From: Dehalococcoidia bacterium
GTDB lineage: Bacteria; Chloroflexota; Dehalococcoidia; DSTF01; JACRBR01
Direction of reading: 5' to 3'
Assembly: GCA_041494685.1 (NCBI GenBank)
Contig: JBGQBE010000010.1
Location: 1 to 64,000 of the forward strand
DNA length: 64,000 nt
This document shows positions 18,978 through 26,288 of the stretch, piece after piece; position 1 is the stretch's first letter; each line of letters starts with the position of its first letter. The position numbers and the translations under genes were made by a program. A model generated the notes under the pieces. It saw only the letters and a list, made by a program, of their open reading frames with translations. It ran no database searches and was not told the DNA's origin.

Positions 18978-19979
18978 TCAATTGTGGCAGTTTGGGTTCC
19001 ACCACGGGCACGGCGCTTGCGCGGTGGCCGTCGCGGCAACCGACGTGGCGGTCTGATTCGCCTGCGCTGTCGCCGTCCGGTTCGCCTGTGCCGTCGCCGT
19101 CTTTTGCGGGTTAGTCGGCGTGGGCGTACTAGTCGGCGTGGGCGTATTGGTAGGCGCTGACGCCGTTGCGGTCTTGGCGACCGCGGTTTGCGTCGCCCTG
19201 CAGTTGTTGCCCGAGCCACCGAACGGGCAAGGCGTCGGCGACGGCGTAGGCGTCGCCGTCCACGACGTGGCCGTCGCCGTCTTCGCCACCGACGTTGCGG
19301 TCTGGTTCGCCTGCGCCGTGGCAGTCTGCGCTACCGACGTGGCGGTCGCGTTTGCCTGCGCGGTAGCAGTGCTCGCTATCGATGTCGCGGTGGCGTCTGC
19401 GTGCGCCGTTGCGGTCGCGTTTGCCTGCGTCGTCGCCGTCGCCTGCGCCTGTCCCTCGTCTCCGCAGGTCGTGCCCAAGCCATCATACCGGCTGCCGCTC
19501 GGCACTGTGATCGCCCGCTCCTGGGGCTCCGTGGCGCAGGCGATGATGTCCCACGTCCCGATCTGGCTCACCAGCGGCGTCAAGAGCTTGTAGTGGTACT
19601 TGACCATGACGACGAGCGACGAACCCGCGTCACCGACGCCGACCGAGTCGCCCGCGGCATTATAGGCCGATTGCCAAGTGATGCAGACGACGTCCGTAGT
19701 GGCATCCTTGAACGGCTTACCGCAGCTAACTTCCGTGTAGTCGCCGCCCGCCGCCTGCGCGTTGACCCGACCGAGAATCAGCGTTGCCACGTCTCCGGCA
19801 GCTCCCGTCTGTACCGCGCCGACGCGGGCGCCCTCGGCGGCGGCGTGGTTCACGCTGCCGTACCGCCCCATGACAAGACCACCGTCAATGACCGCAAAGA
19901 CCAAGAACATGAAGATCGGGAAGATTACCGCGAACTCAATGATGCCTTGCGCTCGTTGACCGTGGACTCGTCGTTTCAT
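18978..19979 (-). CDS. TadE-like pseudopilin with long Thr/Ala repeat tail
   Basis: RAQGIIEFAVIFP...AAAEGARVG TadE motif; C-terminal half is (TATAQAN)n and TP repeats. Confidence 0.85.
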   Translation of the reverse strand: MKRRVHGQRAQGIIEFAVIFPIFMFLVFAVIDGGLVMGRYGSVNHAAAEGARVGAVQTGAAGDVATLILGRVNAQAAGGDYTEVSCGKPFKDATTDVVCITWQSAYNAAGDSVGVGDAGSSLVVMVKYHYKLLTPLVSQIGTWDIIACATEPQERAITVPSGSRYDGLGTTCGDEGQAQATATTQANATATAHADATATSIASTATAQANATATSVAQTATAQANQTATSVAKTATATSWTATPTPSPTPCPFGGSGNNCRATQTAVAKTATASAPTNTPTPTSTPTPTNPQKTATAQANRTATAQANQTATSVAATATAQAPCPWWNPNCHN

Positions 19980-20007
19980 GTTGGAATTGCGAACTCCTGC
20001 AGGGGCG

Positions 20008-20039
20008 GGCGGGGCAGGTCCTGTACGACCCGCCCCGCC
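20008..20039 (-). terminator. Stem-loop just 3' of flp (partial terminator or mRNA stabiliser)
   Basis: Minus-strand RNA GGCGGGGCGGGUC-GUACAG-GACCUGCCCCGCC, 13 bp with one G-U pair that forms only on this strand; no U-tract. Confidence 0.6.
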
Positions 20040-20049
20040 GCGCCAGCCA

Positions 20050-20280
20050 CTACGGGGTCGGGCAGCCGATCTTTGTGACGTCGACGGAGTTGCAAACCTT
20101 GCTCGCGAAAGCGTCGAAGTACGTGGTCCAGTTGAAAAAGGCAAACGAGCCAAACGCTACGACGGCGATGGCCCCCGCGAGCACCGCGTACTCGAGCAGA
20201 TCCTGTCCGCGCTCTTCCTTGAACGACGCCCGGGCGTTCGACACGAACGCGATCCCCTTCAGAATGACGTTGTTGACCAC
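20050..20280 (-). CDS. flp: Flp type IVc major pilin
   Basis: 76 aa, AGGAGG RBS, EERG|QDLLEYAVL prepilin motif, hydrophobic helix, C-terminal Cys pair. Confidence 0.9.
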   Translation of the reverse strand: MVNNVILKGIAFVSNARASFKEERGQDLLEYAVLAGAIAVVAFGSFAFFNWTTYFDAFASKVCNSVDVTKIGCPTP

Positions 20281-20289
20281 TTGATGAAC

Positions 20290-20815
20290 CTCCTGAACCT
20301 GTGATTGCTCGTGACGTGCACCCCGTCACGGACGGGGGACTTCCTGTGTGTGGGTGGCGGCAGAGTCTTCCTGCGGCACCTCGCTTTCCGGCAACTGCGG
20401 GCGCGTGCCCCTGGCTGCTGCCGCCCTCACCCGTCGTGAGGGTCGCGCAGGGCCGGCCCGCCCTGGAGCCCGCGTATCCGCGCCGCGCGTTTGCGGCCGC
20501 GGGGCGGATGCTCCGTTGCCCGGTCCCGGTGGCTGCCGCCGGGGCGGCGGGGCCGGGGCCGTAGATTCTGCTGTGCTGTCGCCGTCTCTGGCTGTCCGTC
20601 CTGTAGAACGCAAGGCCGGCCGCGATGTTGCGGCCGGCCTGACCCGAGATGCCTGGTTCGACGCTCGGGCGGCCCGGAATCAGCGGCGACGTACCCCGGC
20701 ACGCGCGGCCGCTCGTGCCGCGCCTGCGCACCCCATATCTGCGTATCTGAACGTGTTACACGCGGGCCCCGGCGCCACCCGCCCGGGACCCGCCGATTCG
20801 GCGGGGAATCTCAAC
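20290..20815 (-). ncRNA. Candidate long structured 5' leader of the flp-tad operon
   Basis: About 530 nt with no credible ORF between the promoter and flp; many hairpins, including an 11-bp terminator-like stem at 20613-20640. Confidence 0.45.
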
Positions 20816-20819
20816 ATCG

Positions 20820-20848
20820 AAGCTATCACTCCGACATAAAGCCGTCAA
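20820..20848 (-). promoter_or_regulatory. Sigma70-type promoter for the flp-tad operon
   Basis: TTGACG (20848-20843), 17-bp spacer, TAGCTT (20825-20820) preceded by an extended -10 TG. Confidence 0.7.
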
Positions 20849-20976
20849 GGATCAGTGTTGACGTTTGCGTCACCGGTGACAAGTACCCGGGGATAGAAGG
20901 CCGGGGGTGCGCGGGTTACGGGGCGGCGGCGTTCACTGGCGGGTTTCGGACGCTGCGCTGAACCCGGATACGCGGG

Positions 20977-21726
20977 CTACAAACCTGCGCCACGGAGATC
21001 GGCGGACTCCTCCGCACCCTGTGCGCTCAGCGGAACCGTCTCTTCGAATCTGCTCGCGGCCCGGTCCACGCACAAGACCAGCACCACGCTCGCAAGGCAA
21101 TCCACGACGTAGTGCTGCCCGGTGTACACGGCCGACGCGGCTATCAGCGCCGCCAGGATCCCGAAAAACGCCGCGGCACGGTGCATGCCCTTCCGCCGAA
21201 GCCACAGCGCCGCGACGGCCGGCCGGGCCACGTGCAAGCTCGGAAACGCCGCTAACGGGTTCGTATCCACGCGGGTCGCGTGGGTGACCGTCTGCACGAT
21301 CCCCGTGACGTGCAGCGCCATCCAGGGCGGCTGCGTGGGAAACACGAAAAAGAACAGCAGCGCGGCGTACGTCGTGCCGCGCCTCACGAGCAGGACGAAC
21401 ACCGTGAGCGCCGTCGGGAAGATGAACCACGCCAGATACAGCGCGAACGCCAGCAGCTCCAGCGGGCCTGTGTGGCCGCGATAGAACGCATCCTGCAGCC
21501 GTTCGGTCGGCGTCGAACCCGCGCCAAGCAGGCGGTCGAATCCAAGGAAGTAGCGCGTCGCGAACGGCTCACCGGTGTCGTCCGCAATGCCTCTGAGGGA
21601 GACGTACAGCCCCTCGAGGGCGAGGAACGCCGGGGCGGCGACGATCAACGCGCCCCAGCGCGGCCAGATCGCGCGGAGGCGTTCGCGAGTTCGCGGGAGC
21701 GTCAGTGTGCGGGATATCGCCGTCAT
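20977..21726 (-). CDS. PAP2-family (AUR1/IPC synthase-like) membrane protein
   Basis: PTQPPW, NPLAAFPSLH, GQHYVVD. Confidence 0.82.
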   Translation of the reverse strand: MTAISRTLTLPRTRERLRAIWPRWGALIVAAPAFLALEGLYVSLRGIADDTGEPFATRYFLGFDRLLGAGSTPTERLQDAFYRGHTGPLELLAFALYLAWFIFPTALTVFVLLVRRGTTYAALLFFFVFPTQPPWMALHVTGIVQTVTHATRVDTNPLAAFPSLHVARPAVAALWLRRKGMHRAAAFFGILAALIAASAVYTGQHYVVDCLASVVLVLCVDRAASRFEETVPLSAQGAEESADLRGAGL

Positions 21727-21823
21727 CGCATATGTATAACTCGCCCGCCCCGGCCTTGTGACGTGCGATCCGCGGTACCGCCCGTCCGTCCTCCGTCCCC
21801 CAACCCTCGTCCTCCCAGTCCCC

Positions 21824-21849
21824 GTAGGGACAGGGCTTCAGCCCTGTCC
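21824..21849 (+). repeat. GTAG-type REP element
   Basis: GTAG followed by the palindrome GGACAGGGC-TTCA-GCCCTGTCC. Confidence 0.7.
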
Positions 21850-22006
21850 GCCCGCCGCGCACCCGGCCGGATCCGCCGCCCAGGTCGCCGCCCTGTCCGC
21901 CCGCCGCTCCGCCCTCCCCCGCTGCGAACTGTGAACTGGCAACTGACACGTCCCGTTAGGAGTTCGCCCCCGCCCGGTGCTACCCTCGGCCCCGCACCAC
22001 CGCGTC

Positions 22007-22041
22007 CTGGGTTCTGGGTTCGAGGTTCTAGGTTCTGGCTT
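22007..22041. repeat. Degenerate heptamer tandem repeat
   Basis: ctgggtt ctgggtt cgaggtt ctaggtt ctggctt. Confidence 0.65.
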
Positions 22042-22367
22042 CCGTTATCCCGTCGACGAGGAGAGGGCTCCCCGGAAAGGCAAAATTACGAAACAGGTAC
22101 ACCCACAGATTCGAATTGCACGACATAACGCGAATGTTGGTTCCGAACCCGCCAGGATGCGGCGGCTGCCACGCCCCCGAACACACCGAAGAGCGCCCGG
22201 CAACCTCCGCGGACGTTGCGCCCCGCGAAGCAGCCGCCAGCACAACCGCCGGCGCCCATCAATCAGCTACGCGCCCGCCGTCAGACTCGCCATCAATCAG
22301 AAACGTGCGAAATGCCGGAAAATCAATACATCAACCATCCGCCACAGCGACAGCCGTGATCCCGCCG

Positions 22368-23864
22368 CTAGCCCCCCTCGTCCTCGAACCGGAACCGGTG
22401 CCCGCCCACCGAGATCTCGTCCCCCGGCTCCAGCGTCACCCACTCCGCGTCCTTCCCCCCCACCAGCGTGCGCCGCCCCAGCCCGCCCGCGTGGTGCAGC
22501 ACGTACCGCCCGTCCCGCAGCCAGATGCGCGCGTGCTCCGGCGCCACCTCCGCCGCCGCCGGCAGCGCCACCGTCGCGTTTCGCGACGATCCGATCAACG
22601 CCGGCCCCGCCCGCAGCTCGAACGTCCGCCCCGCCCCGCCCAGCTCCACCAGCCGGCCGGTGCCGGCCTGCGCCTGCTGCGGCGCAGCGGCCACGCCCGC
22701 CGCGCGCGGCAGCGGCTGCGCCTCCGCCAGCGACGCGTTCGGCGCGACGACCTGCAACTGGTGGCGCTCGATCGCCCGCTGGCGCCGCAGCCGCACCAGC
22801 ACCAGGCCGCCGATGCCCGCCGCCAGCCCCGCCACCGCCCCCAGGAAGGCGAACGCCGCCGTGTTGCTGCCGCCGCCGCCCGCCGCCTGCGCGGGCGTCA
22901 CGACGGCCGTCGGGCCCAGGCTGATCGTGGGCGCGGGCGTCGGCGCCGCGCCGCGCGTGAACGCCGCCAGCGCCGCCGCCGGCGCGCCGCCGATGGTGAC
23001 GATCAGCCGCAGCTGCGCCGCCTTGCCGTCCGCCGTCCCGGCCGCGGCCACCGTCAGCAGGTACTGGTTGCGCAGCAGCGCCGCGATGTCGCCGTAGACC
23101 GCCGATACGTCGGCGGCGTTGGCGGCTCGGAACTGGCCCTGCGTCGCCCCGGAAAGGCCCTGCAGGTACACCGTGTCCGGCGCGTCGCCGAAGCCGATGG
23201 TGAAGAACGGCACGCCCGCGCCGCGCGCCGCGTCGGTGGAGCCGGCCGCCGTCGCCTCCGTGTCCTGCGTGTCGTTCTGGCCGTCGGTCAGCAGCACCAC
23301 GGCGCGGCGCGGCGCCGGCGCCGTGCTCGCGGCGAAGGCGCTGGTCTGCACCGCCTGGTAGAGCGCCGTGCCGCCCGTCGCCTGCAGCCCCGCGATCGCG
23401 TTGGTGAGCGCCACGCGGTCGTTCGTGAAGGTGATGACGCCGGCCACCTTGTCGCTGAAGGTGATGATCGCCGCCTCGTCGTTCGGCCCCAGGCTCTGCA
23501 CGAACTGCGTCGCCGCCTGCTTCGCGCGGTCCAGCGGCTGCCCCAGCATGCTGCCGGAGACATCGATCGCGACGACCACGTCCAGCTTCGCGCTGGCGTC
23601 CTGCGCCGACTGCACGCTCTTCACCCGCAGCGGCGCCTCGCCCTCGAACGCCTGGAACTGCGCCGCCGTCAGCCCCGGCGCGGGGACGCCGTGCGCGTCC
23701 AGCGCCGTGACGATGGCGGTGAGCAGCGGGTAGCGCGTGTCGTCCAGCCCGTTGATCGTGACGACGGGTTGCGGCCGCTGCGCCAGCGCCTGTCGCGGCG
23801 CGGCCGCAAGCGCGGCGATCAGCACGCCGGCGATCAGCAGCGGTCGGAGCCAGATGCGTGCCAT
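22368..23864 (-). CDS. Signal peptide + VWA domain + TM helix + degenerate FHA domain
   Basis: DVSGSM MIDAS, GGTALY, LLTDG; TM AFAFLGAVAGLAAGIGGLVLV; ALIGSS...VAPEHARIW...LEPGDEISVGGHRFRF. Confidence 0.85.
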   Translation of the reverse strand: MARIWLRPLLIAGVLIAALAAAPRQALAQRPQPVVTINGLDDTRYPLLTAIVTALDAHGVPAPGLTAAQFQAFEGEAPLRVKSVQSAQDASAKLDVVVAIDVSGSMLGQPLDRAKQAATQFVQSLGPNDEAAIITFSDKVAGVITFTNDRVALTNAIAGLQATGGTALYQAVQTSAFAASTAPAPRRAVVLLTDGQNDTQDTEATAAGSTDAARGAGVPFFTIGFGDAPDTVYLQGLSGATQGQFRAANAADVSAVYGDIAALLRNQYLLTVAAAGTADGKAAQLRLIVTIGGAPAAALAAFTRGAAPTPAPTISLGPTAVVTPAQAAGGGGSNTAAFAFLGAVAGLAAGIGGLVLVRLRRQRAIERHQLQVVAPNASLAEAQPLPRAAGVAAAPQQAQAGTGRLVELGGAGRTFELRAGPALIGSSRNATVALPAAAEVAPEHARIWLRDGRYVLHHAGGLGRRTLVGGKDAEWVTLEPGDEISVGGHRFRFEDEGG

Positions 23865-24055
23865 CCGGAAAGCGTAACGGGTCGGCGGCACTCGCGGCAG
23901 ACCCGTCACGCCGGTGCGGCGGGCACAGTCGGCCACTCGTCATGATTCCGTAGGCTTTGCGTCAGGTTCGACGCGCTATAATCGAGGAACCTTCCTGCAT
24001 CAACGCGCGTATCAAGCAGAGGACCTGCCCCGCCCCGTCGTTCGCCGGAGGACTC

Positions 24056-25027
24056 ATGGAAGACCCCAAGATCATCGCCGAGCGCGTCATCGCCAACGTC
24101 GAGAAGGTCATCATCGGCAAGGCGGAAGAGGTGCACCTCGCCCTGACCGCCCTGCTCTGCCAGGGCCACGTCCTGATCGAGGACGTGCCCGGCGTGGGCA
24201 AGACCATCCTCGCGCGCAGCATCGCCACCTCGACCGGCTGCACCTTCCGGCGCATCCAGTTCACGCCGGACCTGCTGCCCAGCGACGTCACCGGCGTCTC
24301 GATCTTCAACCAGAAGACCGGCGACTTCGAGTTCCGGCCGGGGCCGATCGTAGCGCAGGTGGTGCTCGCGGACGAGATCAACCGCGCCACCCCCAAGACG
24401 CAGTCGTCGCTGCTGGAGGCGATGGAGGAGCGGCAGGTGACCGTGGACGGCGTCACGCACAAGATGCCCGAGCCGTTCATCGTGATGGCCACGCAGAACC
24501 CGATCGAGTACGAAGGCACGTTCCCGCTGCCGGAGGCGCAGCTGGACCGCTTCCTGATCCGCATCCACCTGGGCTACCCGTCGCTAAAGGACGAAGTGCT
24601 GATCATGGAGGGCCAGCAGCGCCAGCACCCGATCGACGCGCTGGAGCGCGTGACGGACGCCGCCGAGATCATGGGCATGCAGCGTGCGGTGAAGGACATC
24701 TTCGTCGACCCGCTGATCAAGCAGTACATCGTCTCCGTAGTGGACGCGACGCGGAAGCACGGCTCGGTGTACCTGGGGGCGTCGCCGCGCGGGTCGCTGG
24801 CGCTGTACCGCACCTGCCAGGCGCGGGCGTTGTTGGACGGGCGCGACTTCGTCTCGCCGGACGACGTGAAGGCGCTGGCATACGCGACGCTCGGTCATCG
24901 GATCATCGTCAGCCCCGCCGCGCGCGTGAAGAACGTCTCGGCGAAGGACATCGTGGAGCAGACGCTCGATCGCATCCCGGTGCCGGGTGCGCGCGCCCGC
25001 GGCGCAAGCCAGCCGGCGCCGCGATAG
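24056..25027 (+). CDS. moxR: MoxR family AAA+ ATPase
   Basis: [58 protein letters not shown]. Confidence 0.96.
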   Translation: MEDPKIIAERVIANVEKVIIGKAEEVHLALTALLCQGHVLIEDVPGVGKTILARSIATSTGCTFRRIQFTPDLLPSDVTGVSIFNQKTGDFEFRPGPIVAQVVLADEINRATPKTQSSLLEAMEERQVTVDGVTHKMPEPFIVMATQNPIEYEGTFPLPEAQLDRFLIRIHLGYPSLKDEVLIMEGQQRQHPIDALERVTDAAEIMGMQRAVKDIFVDPLIKQYIVSVVDATRKHGSVYLGASPRGSLALYRTCQARALLDGRDFVSPDDVKALAYATLGHRIIVSPAARVKNVSAKDIVEQTLDRIPVPGARARGASQPAPR

Positions 25028-25037
25028 GGCGGCCAAG

Positions 25038-26288
25038 ATGCGCCGCCTGCGCCGTCTCTACCGCTCCTTCTTCGTCCATAACCGGTCGCTGACCGCCGTC
25101 GGCATGATGACGGCCGCCAGCGTGTGCATCGCGCTCTCGACGGGCTTCTGGCTGACGTGGCGGCTGGTGTACGTCGCGTTCGTCGGCGTGCCGATCGCCT
25201 ACGTGTGGTCGCGGGTCAACCTCTGGGGGCTGGAGATCACGCCGGACCGCTCGACCGACCGCCTGCAGACGGGCGCGCAGTACGAGGAACGGATCACGAT
25301 CCGCAACCGCTCCTGGCTGCCCAAGATGTGGCTGGAGATCGACGACCCGAGCGAGATGCCGGGGCACAACGCACGCCGCGTCGTCACCATCGGCGCCAGG
25401 AGCCGCAAGTCGTGGCGCGTGCGCTCGACGATCCAGCGGCGCGGGCTGTACAGGGTGGGCCCCGTCGCGGTGACGACGGGCGACCCGTTCGGATTCTTCC
25501 GCCACACCCGTACCTTCGGCCGGGGGCAGAACGTGCTGGTGTACCCGCGCGCGGTGGACCTGCCGAACTTCTCCGTACCCGCGGCCAACCTGCCGGGCGA
25601 GGGACGCTTCCGCCAGCGCACGCACTACGTCACGCCGAACGCGTCGGGCGTGCGGCCGTACGAGTTCGGCGACAGCTTCAACCGCATCCACTGGTCCAGC
25701 ACCGCGCGCACCGGCGAGCTGATGGTGAAGATCTTCGAGCTGGACCCGGCCAGCGACGTCTGGATCATCCTGGACCTGCACCGCGACGCGCACGCCGGAT
25801 CGGGCGACGAGTCCACGGAAGAATACGGCGTGAGCATCGCCGCGTCGGTCGCGCGCTACTTCCTGGCGGCGAACCGGACGGTGGGCTTCATGTCGTACGG
25901 CCGCGGCTTCGACGTGGTCGAGCCGGAGCGCGGCCTGCAGCAATACACGCGCGTGCTGGAGTCGCTGGCGATGGCGCGCGCGTGGGGCGACGCGCCACTC
26001 GGCGACCTGTTGACGAACCAGGCGCGGCGCTTCGGCCGACACACGACGGTGATCGTCATCACGCCATCGACCGACGAGGCATGGGTCGCGGGCCTGGGGG
26101 CGCTGCAGGCGCGCGGCGTGAAGGTCGCGGCGATCGTGCTGGAGCGCAGCACGTTCGGCGGCGACGAATCGTCGCTGGGCGTGTTCGCGTCGCTGGCGGT
26201 GTCCGACGTGTGCACGTACATGGTGAAGCGCAACGACGACCTGCCGGCGGCGCTGGGCGCGGGCATGGGGGCGGCGATCGATGCGTGA
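25038..26288 (+). CDS. DUF58 domain protein
   Basis: RRGLY, DPFGFF, LVYPR, VRPYEFGDSFNRIHWSSTAR.GELMVK.FE. Confidence 0.92.
   Translation: MRRLRRLYRSFFVHNRSLTAVGMMTAASVCIALSTGFWLTWRLVYVAFVGVPIAYVWSRVNLWGLEITPDRSTDRLQTGAQYEERITIRNRSWLPKMWLEIDDPSEMPGHNARRVVTIGARSRKSWRVRSTIQRRGLYRVGPVAVTTGDPFGFFRHTRTFGRGQNVLVYPRAVDLPNFSVPAANLPGEGRFRQRTHYVTPNASGVRPYEFGDSFNRIHWSSTARTGELMVKIFELDPASDVWIILDLHRDAHAGSGDESTEEYGVSIAASVARYFLAANRTVGFMSYGRGFDVVEPERGLQQYTRVLESLAMARAWGDAPLGDLLTNQARRFGRHTTVIVITPSTDEAWVAGLGALQARGVKVAAIVLERSTFGGDESSLGVFASLAVSDVCTYMVKRNDDLPAALGAGMGAAIDA

Noticed and set aside
12186..20280. No secretin, pilotin or prepilin peptidase in the tad locus
   Set aside because: Expected in monoderm-type loci; the peptidase is often encoded elsewhere.
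20380..20520. RNase P RNA or c-di-GMP-I riboswitch in the flp leader (CGGGCUCCAGGGC, CGCAAA, GUUGCCG)
   Set aside because: The GAGGAAAGUCC core of RNase P and the GCAAAC..GAAA..GACGCAAAGC architecture of c-di-GMP-I are absent; kept only as an unclassified leader.
21340..21400. Possible short in-frame deletion in the PAP2 gene (VRRG-TTYAAL)
   Set aside because: Cannot be established without an alignment; frame and catalytic motifs are intact.
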